From the NCBI GenBank assembly GCA_963666285.1, contig OY762711.1: a DNA stretch of 64,000 bases; one strand, written 5' to 3'. Origin of the DNA: Sedimentisphaerales bacterium. Its GTDB lineage: Bacteria; Planctomycetota; Phycisphaerae; Sedimentisphaerales; SM23-30. Below are positions 1 through 10,551 of the stretch, piece by piece (the first letter of the stretch is position 1; each line of letters starts with the position of its first letter). The notes below the pieces were generated by a model. That model searched no databases. It was not told where the DNA came from and was given only the letters and a program-made list of their open reading frames with translations. Position numbers and translations under genes: made by a program.

Positions 1-3000
1 GGGTAAATGTTGGTGCCTGGTTACCAAGACCTACCGCTATGCTGACTGTCAGGTTGTTAGAACCGCCCTTGCTGTCTGTTGCGGTAAACTTGGCACTATA
101 GCTGCCCTGGGTACCGGCATCTGGTATCCAGGCAAAGCTATTACTGCTGCTGTCAAATGCTGCTCCGCTTGGCATACTGTTACATACTACGCTTACGGTA
201 TCACCATCCGGGTCTTTTGTATAGACTGTAAATTTAAGTTTATTGGCTGCTGTTACGCTATATGCTGACGATGAAGTAAATTCCGGGTTGCGGTTTACGT
301 CCTCTACACCTAATGTTACTGTTTTGCTTGCTGAGCCGCCATTGGAATCTGTTACGGTAAAGAGTACCGTCTTGGAGCCGGAATCGCTATAACCTGGCTT
401 CCAGCTGAACAAACCGCTGGTTGAATTCAGACTTGCTCCGGTTGGCAGGTTACTGCTGGAATATGATAAAGTATCTCCATCTTCGTCTGTTGCTGCCAGG
501 GCAAAGCTGTTCTCGGTATTTTCTTTAAAACCTGGCACGGATAATGCACCAAATACCGGGTTGCGGTTTAGATTATTTACATAAATCACTACTTCAAGGC
601 TATCGCTGCCATGGAATCCATCATCGACCTTAAACTCGGCAGTATAAGGACTTGATCCGGATGCATCATAGTCAGGCGTCCAGGAAAATGTCTTGGTGCT
701 TGCATTAAATACTGCTCCAGATGGCTTGCTGGTACATGAATATGTTAATGCATCACCATCAGCATCTGTGGCTGAAATACTAAAGCTTAACGGGCTCATT
801 TCCGTTACTGTTTTAGCTGTAACTCCGGCAAATACCGGTAAATTGTTACCCGCTTCAGAAACAGAAATCACTATTGTTTTTTCTGCCGTTTTTACCGATG
901 TGCTATCATCAGTAGCCGTTACCACTACTGTATAATTATTTGCCTGATCTTTGTTAGGTGTCCAGCTGAAACTGGCAGTACCATTTCCATTATCTACAAA
1001 TGTCGCACCGCTTGGTACTCCCGTAAAACTGAAACTGATATTATCATTATCTGCATCACTGGCAGTAACACTGAAAGATAGCGTTTCCTGGGCAATTACA
1101 GATTTACTCGATGAGGCACTTATTATAGGACTGTCGGCAACAGCCTTAACTGTCACATTCACTGTACCAACTGCGGTTCCGCCATGTCCGTCATTTACTG
1201 TATAGGTAAAGGAATCTGTTCCATTATAGTTTGACGATGGTGTATATGTTACCGTTCCATTACCATTATTAGTAACTGAACCATTGGTACCTTGTGTTAT
1301 ACTGCTTATACTTAAACTGTCTCCTTCAACATCAGTATCATTCCCTGTCAGACTGCCTGTAACAGCAACATCCTCACTTGTAATTAAAGTGTCATTAACT
1401 GCTGTTGGAATGTCATTTATAGGTAATATTAATACACTTACCGATGCTGTATCGCTGCCACCGTTACCATCATTAACCGTATAGGTAAAACTGTCCGTGC
1501 CAATTACGTTTGCCGACGGGGTATAAGTAATTGTTCCATCGCCGTTATTCACTACAGAACCCTTACTGCCCTGGCTGACCGAGCTGATACTCAACGTATC
1601 ACCATCTAAATCACTGTCATTGCTAAGAAGATTGCTGCTTATCAAGACGGTATCTTCATTTGCAACCAGGCTGTCGTTGGCGGCGGCTGGTATATCATTA
1701 ACTGCTGAAATCGTTATGTTTACTGTCGCTGTTGATGTTCCTCCGTTACCGTCGCTGGCAACATAAGTAAAGGTGTCTGAGCCGCTGTAGTTAGCCGATG
1801 GAGTATAAGTTACTACACCGTTACCATTGTTAACTACTGTACCGTGCGTACCCTGGGTTACAGAGGTAATTGTCAAACTGTCGTTATCTTCATCTATATC
1901 ATTGGCTAATAAATTACTTATAACTTTTACTACATCTTCATTTGTAATAACATTATCATTAACTGCCGTTGGAAAAGCATTAACATTTCCGACTGTTACA
2001 TTTGCTGTAATTGTATCTGTGCCGTTATTTGAATCTGTAACGACAAGTTGCAATCCTATCATACCGGCATCATCATAGCCTGGCTTCCAGCTGAATACTC
2101 CGCTGACCGGGTTTAGACTTGCGCCATCCGGTAGATTACTGCATGAATATGTCAATGTGTCACCATCTGCATCTGTTGCTGATACGGTAAAGCTGGTCAA
2201 TGCATTTTCTTTAAATCCCGGTACATTGATAGTTCCAAATTGAGGGTCACGGTTGAGGTTATTAACATTAATTGTTACTTCAATCGAATCAGTACCGTTA
2301 AAACCGTCATTGACTGAAATTACTGCGGTATACGGACTTGCACCCGCTGCACTATAGTCAGGAGTCCAACTGAAAACTTTAGTTGATGTATTAAAGCTTG
2401 CGCCTGCCGGCTTGCTGTCACAACTATATGTCAGGGTATCTCCATCCGCATCTGTTGCTGAAACTGTAAAAATCAGCTGACTCATCTCGGTTACTGTTTT
2501 TGTTCCAATTTCCGCCAAAACCGGTAAATTATTGTCTGCCTGACCAACCGATATCTTTATTGATTTTGTCGCGGTCAGTGCTTGAGCACTATCATCTTTC
2601 GCAGTTACCTGGATAGTATAGTCACCTGCCTGGCCCTTCCCGGAGGTCCAGTCAAATGTAGCTGTTCCATCACCGTTATCCGCAAACTTTGCTCCCGCTG
2701 GCAAAGTAGAAAATGTAAATGAAACACCGTCATTATCCTTATCTGTTGCTGACACACTAAAAGTTAGTCGTTGTGTTGCCACCAGGGCCTGGTTTGCTGC
2801 CGCTGTAATTACCGGTGCATCTGGCTGTGCTGCTATTGTCACATTCACCGTTCCATTGGCAGTTCCGCCGTTTCCATCACTTACGGTATAGGTAAAACTG
2901 TCCAAACCATAATAATCGGCTTCCGGCGTATAGCTCACTGTACCATCGCCATTATTTACTACTGAACCATGCGATCCCTGGGTTACGGCAGAAATACTCA

Positions 3001-6000
3001 AACTATCATTGTCAGAATCTGTATCGTTTGCCAGCAGATTACCACTGGTTACTGCAGAATCCTCATTTGTACTGACTGTATCATTAACTGCAACTGGTAC
3101 ATCATTAGAAGATGATACTGTTACGCTGACTGTTCCAATATCACTGCTGCCGTTTCCATCACTTACGGTATAGGTAAATGTATCTGGACCACTGTAATTT
3201 GCAGACGGTGTATACGTTACTGTTCCATTGCCATTGTTGGTTACTGTTCCATGCGAACCCTGCGTCACAGCTGTTATAGACAAACTGTCATTATCCGCAT
3301 CTGAATCGTTCGATAACAGGTTACCGCTGGTCTTTGCTGTATCTTCATCAACCACAAGAGTGTCATTAGATGCGCTAGGACCATCATTAACTGCCGCAAT
3401 CGTTACAGATACCTGGGCTGAATCAGTCCCACCGTTTCCATCACTTACGGTATAACTAAAACTATCTGAGCCGCTGTAATTTGCTGCCGGGGTGTAAGTT
3501 ACTGTTCCATTCCCATTGTTGGTTACTGTTCCGTGAGCTCCTTGCGTAACTGACTGAACTGTCAGAGTATCGTTATCTGCATCTGTATCATTGGCCACCA
3601 GGCTGCCGCTGGTTTTGGCTGTATCTTCATTAGCCTGAAGAACATCGTTAACCGCTATTGGAACATCATTTACTGCTGAAACAAAGACATTGACTGTTGC
3701 AGTAGCTGTCCCGCCATTACCATCATTAATTAAATAAGTAAATGAATCAGAGCCGGTAAAATTTGCTGCCGGCTGATAAGTAACGGTTCCGTTTCCATTA
3801 TTTGTTACTGTACCATTACTGCCTTGCCCCACCAGGCTGATACTAAGTGTATCACCATCAATATCTGTATCATTGCTCAGCAGGTTGCCGCTGACCTTGG
3901 CATTATCTTCAGTTACTATTATGGTATCATTTGCCGCTGCTGGCAAATCATTCACATTTGTTACCGTCACATTCATGGTAGAAGTGGTGGTACCACCGTT
4001 CCCATCGCTGATAATAAACGAAAATGAGTCCGCGCCGTAGTAGTTCGCTGACGGGGCGTAAGTCGCCGTACCGTCTCCGTTGTTGGTTACTAAACCGTGG
4101 CTGGCCGCCGATACCCCGCTTACTGTAAGCGTATCGCCTTCTATATCCGACGCATTGGCCGTGAGGTCGCCGCTAACCTTGGCACTGTCTTCGCTTACCG
4201 TCATTGATAGCGCCGCGCCTGCCAACGGTGCATCGTTTACTGCTGCAATTGTCACTGCTACCGTTGCTGTAGCTGTCCCGCCCCTACCGTCACTAATATC
4301 ATAAGTGAAGCTGTCAGAACCATTTACATTCGCAGTCGGCGTATAAGTCACCGTCCCGTTCCCGTTATTGACCACTGAACCTTTACTACCCTGCGACACA
4401 CCCGTTATCACCAGTCCGTCACCGTCCGCATCACTGTCGTTAGCCGTCAATACACCGCTAACCGCCGCCGTATCCTCTACTACAGCCAACGTATCACCCA
4501 CCCCCACCGGATTCTGGTTGTTTGCTGCTGCGGTTGTAAATGTATATGCTACATCCTCATACGTTTCGGAATTACCAAATTCATCTATACAGGTAATGCT
4601 ATAACTATATTCTGTACCAGGTGTTAAGTCGGTTAATGTAATAGAGTGGCTTGTTGATGGGTTAACATCACTTGTCACAGTCTTGGTAACTAAACTTCCA
4701 CCTGACTTACTTGTAGCTTTCGGCCAGTAATCTATCACCGAACTCGCCGCTTCATTCGTATTCCACTGTATTGGCTGACTGGTATCACCAGCTGCATTTA
4801 CTTGTAAATCAACCACTTGCGGTGGCGGCGAGTTGTATATTATCCCAATTTCATCTGTAGTCAAAACTTTATTGAATATCTGTAAATTGTCCATATCCCC
4901 ATTATAAAAGTGCCTTGATTCTGTGTAAGCACCAATAATTATAGACTTACTTGTCATGATTTTACCTGAAAATAAAAAATCACTACTCGGAACTATATTT
5001 CCATTAACATACAATCTAGCTTCAACACCATTGTAAACAAAACATACATACGACCATTCATTTAATGGAAGATTTTCAATGCTTATCTTTTCAAAATGTT
5101 CATTATTCTCGTTCATTAGATAGTATGATAGTTTACCATTATCAAAATAAATTCTTAAACTTCCAGCATTTAGTATGTAATTATCTTCAGTACTATCTAT
5201 ATAAAATGGATTAAGCCAAACTGATACAGTACATGAACTAATATTATTCAAATAGTCACATTCTGGGCTCTTAATGCAGTTTTTTCCATCAAATCTAGCA
5301 CTTTGTTGAAAAATACTATCAACATAATTTTCTTCTTCAAACCAACTATATGTGTCATAATAACTGGAATAATTTAAAAGATTCTTATTGAAATTAAGGT
5401 TTAATAACGTTCCTGGAAGAATACTATTATCAATGATAACATTCTTTTTTTCTATTGATTCAAAGCCTTCATCATCTGTTACAGTTAATGTAACTTCATG
5501 CAACCCATCAGAAGCATATGCATGAGTAACAATTTTACCCGTTGCTAAATTTGAATCTCCAAAATTCCAGTTGTAGTTAGTAATATATCCATTGCTATCA
5601 GAAGTCTCAGAGGCATCAAAGACAATATTCTCATTTGCCCTAGTAACATCTGATGAGATATTAAATTTAGCATTTGGCTTCCCTTGCCAGTTGGGATTAT
5701 AATAGCAAATACCAAATACCCCCGATTGCCATAACTGTTTAGATATACTATTATTATCATCTTCAGAAAAACTCACCATATAACTATTAGCAGCCTCATA
5801 AAAATTAGGAAACCGATGATTAACTAAACATAACTGAGGAAAATAACGAGGCAGTAGATCATCTTCACTCGAATATTTTACACCATATAAAACACCTTGA
5901 TTTGCATTCATAAATGCCAAATCCATTGACGGATAATCATATGGAAGACCTGCAATGATAGAAGTGTTAGAATAAATATAAAAACAGTGCCCCATAAGTC

Positions 6001-8038
6001 CGTATCCATAATATCCAAGACGGTCGGTATAACTACCAGCAGGAAGAAGAGTTTCATCTCCCCTTAATAACTCTTCATTAGTAAACTGTTCATATAAGCC
6101 AAAATTATGAGCTTGATTGGGATATCCAGATAAAACGCTGGGATCATAAATACTAGTCAAAACGTCTTTCCAACTTTTAGGATCATTTGGATAAGGTGTA
6201 TTAAGATGCGTAGCCTTTGTAACACCATCAAAACCACTTGTACCGTAATAAGGGGTATTATAAGAAGGCATTGCTAAACCACAAACATACATACCCATTT
6301 GCCTTGCAGCTCCCCACATACCGCTTTTATTTCTAAGTTTTGAATAACCATAATAATCACCCAATTGCACTAAGTTCTCTAAGCAAAATGCCGCAATTGT
6401 ATCTCTAATCTTATACTCCTCGACGGGTGTTATTCCACCAGTAACTAAATCTGAACGATATTTTTTACACATAAGGTCATATGTAAAAGCCATTTGAAAT
6501 ATTACATCAACATCATAATAACCTCGGTAATTAATTTCTAAGCAAGGATTTGGGGCACCTATGTTGTCTCCAAAGCCTAATGGGTCAATTACCCTTATAT
6601 TATCCAAAAGCATTTCTTTTGCATATTCGGCATAAGGCTTAACCTCCCCCTGTTTAATATAATTATAACCTTCTATTTCTGCCACAAAAACATTAGATAA
6701 AGAGGAAATAGGCTTATTTCTTTCATTTGATTCATATTCATAAGCATATTCACCTCCATGTTTATTGCTGTAATCTGAATCTCGTAACAATTCATACATA
6801 TTTTTAGTTTCAGGGATTAAACCATTAACTCTTTCAACAATATCATTAAACTCATCTTCGTTTTTCCACAATAAATAACCATGGCCTATATAACTATTGT
6901 TTTGCTCATCAAATCTCTTTTCGTTAATTCCTGGATGTGAAGGATTCTTTATAATAGTTCTTGATTTGACATTATTTAAATTATAATAATAAAAAAAAGT
7001 ATGCTCTCCATCAGCCAAAACAGATAAATCTACTGGATCTTGATACAATTGATAATTCCCACTATCAAATTTATAATAACAAGGACGATCATCCATAATA
7101 TTATTCAATACCATATTAACACTACCAGAAATATATGTAGTTTGAGGATGTATAATAGGAGTAAAATATGTTTTTGCCGGAGTAGTGTAAAACTGTGCAT
7201 CTACGTTTTGTGAAAAAAAACTAACACATGGTGTTTTAGGGTTAACAACCAAAAGTATTTGCTTTCCATCACTAGCTGTTCTTTCAGTTGCAACAGTTCT
7301 GAAAGAATCATCATCCGCATATGCTAGAGTATGCCACTCATCCCCAAATGGTCCAATAACTCCCCTTGTATCTCTCGGGTCGTCACTAATTGTACCAACA
7401 ACAAAAGTTTGAGAGTCATCTGGCAAGTAACAATATGCCTTTAGCTGCAAAGGTTCAGTAAACGCTGGATAAAGAGATGCATCATTATGCTGAGCCCACC
7501 TTAAATATTCTCCAGATAAACTGTCAGAAAACTGTCTATCAAACCTATAGCGAATAATCCCTTCATCTCCAGATTCTGGTATTGCATCCTGGCCATTAGG
7601 ACCTACTATACCAACTTCTTGGATGCTATTAATTTCGTTGTGAAGAAGCATTAACTTTGTAGTATCTTTAATGTAAACGATCTTATGATCATCAACTTTT
7701 TTATTGTACCAGAGATATTCTTCGGCCCAATCTACTCCTCTTTGTCCTTCAAAAAGCACAGAAATGCCAGATTTATAGTTAGCTAGCTGATTATCCCACA
7801 CATAAGAAAATATAATATCTCCCATTTTAATAATTTTAACCGTATCTCCATTTGATGCGGTAGAATTTACGACATCAATTGTATTAAATGCCGTATCTGC
7901 CGATAGACCATCGCCGCCATCTTGTTTGCTCGGGTCGAGGTACCAGGTAGCAGACATGCAATTAGTTATCGAAACTAATAATATCAAAAAAAGTGAACGA
8001 AATAGACTGTTCTTATTGTATCTGTTAAAGGTTAGCAT
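1..8038 (-). CDS. Giant secreted adhesin-like protein (partial, >2670 aa): signal peptide, unknown N-terminal region, PKD, LamG-like and FN3-like domains, then many Ig/cadherin-like (Big_9 / He_PIG type) repeats; C-terminus lies outside the window
   Basis: ATG at 8038 gives MLTFNRYNKNSLFRSLFLILLVSITNCMSATWYLDP. The same frame at the window edge reads ..GLGNQAPTFT. PKD motif (FDASETSDSNGYITNYNWNFGD...VTLTVTDDEG) at ~5430-5680; repeated NDxPxAxND / DxDGDxL / GxDSFTYTVxDGxGG motifs. Probably absent from the ORF track because no stop is reached in the window. Confidence 0.9.
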   Translation of the reverse strand, partial: MLTFNRYNKNSLFRSLFLILLVSITNCMSATWYLDPSKQDGGDGLSADTAFNTIDVVNSTASNGDTVKIIKMGDIIFSYVWDNQLANYKSGISVLFEGQRGVDWAEEYLWYNKKVDDHKIVYIKDTTKLMLLHNEINSIQEVGIVGPNGQDAIPESGDEGIIRYRFDRQFSDSLSGEYLRWAQHNDASLYPAFTEPLQLKAYCYLPDDSQTFVVGTISDDPRDTRGVIGPFGDEWHTLAYADDDSFRTVATERTASDGKQILLVVNPKTPCVSFFSQNVDAQFYTTPAKTYFTPIIHPQTTYISGSVNMVLNNIMDDRPCYYKFDSGNYQLYQDPVDLSVLADGEHTFFYYYNLNNVKSRTIIKNPSHPGINEKRFDEQNNSYIGHGYLLWKNEDEFNDIVERVNGLIPETKNMYELLRDSDYSNKHGGEYAYEYESNERNKPISSLSNVFVAEIEGYNYIKQGEVKPYAEYAKEMLLDNIRVIDPLGFGDNIGAPNPCLEINYRGYYDVDVIFQMAFTYDLMCKKYRSDLVTGGITPVEEYKIRDTIAAFCLENLVQLGDYYGYSKLRNKSGMWGAARQMGMYVCGLAMPSYNTPYYGTSGFDGVTKATHLNTPYPNDPKSWKDVLTSIYDPSVLSGYPNQAHNFGLYEQFTNEELLRGDETLLPAGSYTDRLGYYGYGLMGHCFYIYSNTSIIAGLPYDYPSMDLAFMNANQGVLYGVKYSSEDDLLPRYFPQLCLVNHRFPNFYEAANSYMVSFSEDDNNSISKQLWQSGVFGICYYNPNWQGKPNAKFNISSDVTRANENIVFDASETSDSNGYITNYNWNFGDSNLATGKIVTHAYASDGLHEVTLTVTDDEGFESIEKKNVIIDNSILPGTLLNLNFNKNLLNYSSYYDTYSWFEEENYVDSIFQQSARFDGKNCIKSPECDYLNNISSCTVSVWLNPFYIDSTEDNYILNAGSLRIYFDNGKLSYYLMNENNEHFEKISIENLPLNEWSYVCFVYNGVEARLYVNGNIVPSSDFLFSGKIMTSKSIIIGAYTESRHFYNGDMDNLQIFNKVLTTDEIGIIYNSPPPQVVDLQVNAAGDTSQPIQWNTNEAASSVIDYWPKATSKSGGSLVTKTVTSDVNPSTSHSITLTDLTPGTEYSYSITCIDEFGNSETYEDVAYTFTTAAANNQNPVGVGDTLAVVEDTAAVSGVLTANDSDADGDGLVITGVSQGSKGSVVNNGNGTVTYTPTANVNGSDSFTYDISDGRGGTATATVAVTIAAVNDAPLAGAALSMTVSEDSAKVSGDLTANASDIEGDTLTVSGVSAASHGLVTNNGDGTATYAPSANYYGADSFSFIISDGNGGTTTSTMNVTVTNVNDLPAAANDTIIVTEDNAKVSGNLLSNDTDIDGDTLSISLVGQGSNGTVTNNGNGTVTYQPAANFTGSDSFTYLINDGNGGTATATVNVFVSAVNDVPIAVNDVLQANEDTAKTSGSLVANDTDADNDTLTVQSVTQGAHGTVTNNGNGTVTYTPAANYSGSDSFSYTVSDGNGGTDSAQVSVTIAAVNDGPSASNDTLVVDEDTAKTSGNLLSNDSDADNDSLSITAVTQGSHGTVTNNGNGTVTYTPSANYSGPDTFTYTVSDGNGSSDIGTVSVTVSSSNDVPVAVNDTVSTNEDSAVTSGNLLANDTDSDNDSLSISAVTQGSHGSVVNNGDGTVSYTPEADYYGLDSFTYTVSDGNGGTANGTVNVTIAAQPDAPVITAAANQALVATQRLTFSVSATDKDNDGVSFTFSTLPAGAKFADNGDGTATFDWTSGKGQAGDYTIQVTAKDDSAQALTATKSIKISVGQADNNLPVLAEIGTKTVTEMSQLIFTVSATDADGDTLTYSCDSKPAGASFNTSTKVFSWTPDYSAAGASPYTAVISVNDGFNGTDSIEVTINVNNLNRDPQFGTINVPGFKENALTSFTVSATDADGDTLTYSCSNLPDGASLNPVSGVFSWKPGYDDAGMIGLQLVVTDSNNGTDTITANVTVGNVNAFPTAVNDNVITNEDVVKVISNLLANDIDEDNDSLTITSVTQGTHGTVVNNGNGVVTYTPSANYSGSDTFTYVASDGNGGTSTATVNITISAVNDIPAAANDSLVANEDTVLISSNLLSNDSDLDGDTLSISSVSQGSKGSVVNNGDGTITYTPSANVIGTDSFTYTVNDGNGGSDTASVSVLILPINDIPTAVNDTLITSEDVAVTGSLTGNDTDVEGDSLSISSITQGTNGSVTNNGNGTVTYTPSSNYNGTDSFTYTVNDGHGGTAVGTVNVTVKAVADSPIISASSSKSVIAQETLSFSVTASDADNDNISFSFTGVPSGATFVDNGNGTASFSWTPNKDQANNYTVVVTATDDSTSVKTAEKTIVISVSEAGNNLPVFAGVTAKTVTEMSPLSFSISATDADGDALTYSCTSKPSGAVFNASTKTFSWTPDYDASGSSPYTAEFKVDDGFHGSDSLEVVIYVNNLNRNPVFGALSVPGFKENTENSFALAATDEDGDTLSYSSSNLPTGASLNSTSGLFSWKPGYSDSGSKTVLFTVTDSNGGSASKTVTLGVEDVNRNPEFTSSSAYSVTAANKLKFTVYTKDPDGDTVSVVCNSMPSGAAFDSSSNSFAWIPDAGTQGSYSAKFTATDSKGGSNNLTVSIAVGLGNQAPTFT

Positions 8039-8893
8039 AGTTCTCTAGAAGCTCTCCATATTGCCCATTGTTGCCTTTTTACCTATTTTAACACAACATG
8101 TACAATTCTAAAATATAAATCGGCTAAAAACAACCTATAATGAAACATATATTGAACCACAAACTGATACGGATTTACACAGTTTATTTAAATATCTATA
8201 AAATATAGCTTTAACGCAAACATGGAAAACACAAAAAATACAACGAACTGTAATCTGCTTTGAATGTCAGCAATCAGATGAAACACTAATATCCGTTTAT
8301 CTGTTAAATACTCACCCCACAAATACAATCCACAAGAGATACAAAGCATAATCTACACCAATAAGAAAGGTTCAATTGATAATTAATTTTGTTCATTAGT
8401 GTTTTGCGGACAATGTTTTATATTCACTTCAATATTTTTCTCGTATTCAGTGGTGTTTTAATTTTTGCATTATATAACCGTTCTTCGCCGTGCTTCTTTA
8501 AGTTCTATATTTCGTAAATAGCTTATATGCATAATCACAACTGCCAATGTTAAATTGTACCAATTATACCGTCTGTATTTCTATCGAATATTACCTGCTT
8601 TCAAGATGTTAAGGTGTTTTTGGCGAATTATTATTTATTAACGGTGTAATTCCGTATTGCCTCAGGCTACAAATAATATTCTTCATGTGTCATACAATAT
8701 TCCACACATCGCTGTTATATACTGTTTTTTTACTGATTACTGTTTTAATCAAACATTATTAAAGTTTGGATAATTAACTATCTTGACATTAACATCTTTT
8801 TCACTTAAATATATAACTTTAAATTAAGTAGTTATGCCCTTTTACCGAAATTTACTTTGTAGCTTTACCAGGCTAGAATATTGAGAAGAAAAA

Positions 8894-8922
8894 TCTCAAA
8901 CTGACCAACGGTCAGTTTGAGA
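8894..8922. repeat. Perfect 13-bp inverted repeat upstream of the EPS operon
   Basis: TCTCAAACTGACC-AAC-GGTCAGTTTGAGA. Confidence 0.85.
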
Positions 8923-9113
8923 GGCCTTAGGTCTTTGGTATTAGTCCTTAGGAAAAGAAAGTCGCAAACTCGGCTGACTTATTTTCGGATTTATATATTG
9001 CTTTTTAATTGACTGAAATTATGATTATTTTTGAATATTTCAGTCGCTTTGAATAAATCACATAGCCCTGTAACGGTATCTGGAAACAATTTAAGTACAC
9101 CGACAGGGACAGA

Positions 9114-10550
9114 GTGTGCGCTAACCACATTTTTTTATTCATGCATATTTTCTTTGAAAAATATCTATCAGGTACTTCTCTTAAAGCTCGCTTTATAAGA
9201 AGTTCTGCATGGCTTGCCATTGGTAATATCGCAGAAAAAATTATCGCTTTTATTAGCAAAGTCATGTTAGCACGTTTACTGATGCCTGAAGAGTTGGGAC
9301 TTATTGTACTAATCCTTAGCATAAACGGCCTGTTTGAATGTTTATCTGAAATAGGTATCAAACAATGTGTTATTCAAAACAAAATGGGAGAAAATGAAGA
9401 TTTTTTGAATATGGCTTGGTGGATTCAGGTTATAAGAGGAATTGTTATTTTTTCTACTGCCTGGGTGCTAACACCTTTAGTTTGCAAATACTATTTTCAC
9501 AACAGAGATAATATTCTCAGTATTTATCATTGGAATGAACTATACCTTATGGTCAGAATTACATTTATAAGTGTAATTCTAAAAAGCTTGACCAGCCCTA
9601 AAGCATATATTTTAGAAAAGAATTTCAATTTTAAAATTGTTGTTGCTTATATGCAGAGTTCTGCTCTTATAGGAGCTCTCGTAACAATTGTTTTGACATT
9701 ACTTCTGCGAAATACATGGGCATTGGTAATAGGATTTATATGTAAATTATTTTTGCAAATGACATTATCGTATGCTTTTTGTCCTTTCCTTCCTAGATTT
9801 ACTTATAATCATATTTGTTTTACAACTATTTTTAATTTTGCTAAGAGACTTTTGGGAGCTCCAATATTTTCATATATTGCATACACAAGTGATATTCTTA
9901 TTGGTGGTAAAATTGTCGGTCCTGAACAGATAGGTCTGTATGGATTCGCAATTAGCCTAGCATATCTCCCACGAGAATTATTCTCTCAAATAATATCACC
10001 TGTTCTTATGCCAGCGTTTTCTGAGCATCAAAATAATCCACATAAAATTAAAGTAATCATAACCAAGTTTACTAGCAATAGTTTGACTTTTGCTTCATTA
10101 TCAATACCGTGTTTGTTCATTTTTCATAAATATATTTTAACTACTGTATATGGTAAGAATTTTGAAAATACAAGTATTATATTACCTATAGGAAATATTA
10201 CTGTCTTATTTATTATTATTAATATAATACTAGGCAACTTATTTACAGCTTTCGGAAAGCCTGAAATCTTTAGAAACTCAACTTTCGCAAGAACATTTGT
10301 TCTTCTTATAATAATAATACCTGCTTCAAAAGAATTTGGAATAATTGGTATAGCTTTATCGCAATCCATTGCAAACGCAATAATGTGTTCTATGTTTTTC
10401 ATATATGCACATAAGTTAATTCAGATTAAGCTATCTGATTTATTTAACCCCAAATACAATATACTCATAATTACTATTTCAAAGTTAATTTCTCTAGGCA
10501 CAAAAAGGATAATCAGAAAAACACATTTTTCCAGCGAGAAGGATTTATAG
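9114..10550 (+). CDS. wzx: Polysaccharide flippase (Wzx family); start may be the ATG at 9141
   Basis: Multi-TM protein with LARLLMPEELG motif; first gene of a glycosyltransferase cluster. Confidence 0.85.
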   Translation: MCANHIFLFMHIFFEKYLSGTSLKARFIRSSAWLAIGNIAEKIIAFISKVMLARLLMPEELGLIVLILSINGLFECLSEIGIKQCVIQNKMGENEDFLNMAWWIQVIRGIVIFSTAWVLTPLVCKYYFHNRDNILSIYHWNELYLMVRITFISVILKSLTSPKAYILEKNFNFKIVVAYMQSSALIGALVTIVLTLLLRNTWALVIGFICKLFLQMTLSYAFCPFLPRFTYNHICFTTIFNFAKRLLGAPIFSYIAYTSDILIGGKIVGPEQIGLYGFAISLAYLPRELFSQIISPVLMPAFSEHQNNPHKIKVIITKFTSNSLTFASLSIPCLFIFHKYILTTVYGKNFENTSIILPIGNITVLFIIINIILGNLFTAFGKPEIFRNSTFARTFVLLIIIIPASKEFGIIGIALSQSIANAIMCSMFFIYAHKLIQIKLSDLFNPKYNILIITISKLISLGTKRIIRKTHFSSEKDL

Positions 10551-10551
10551 T

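Noticed and set aside
693..4604. Short plus-strand ORFs in the track
   Set aside because: Antisense shadows of the repetitive minus-strand adhesin gene.
8150..8620. Possible decayed GxxExxY or four-helix-bundle gene remnants
   Set aside because: Only a few residues of resemblance (e.g. KVQLIINF); not supportable by eye.
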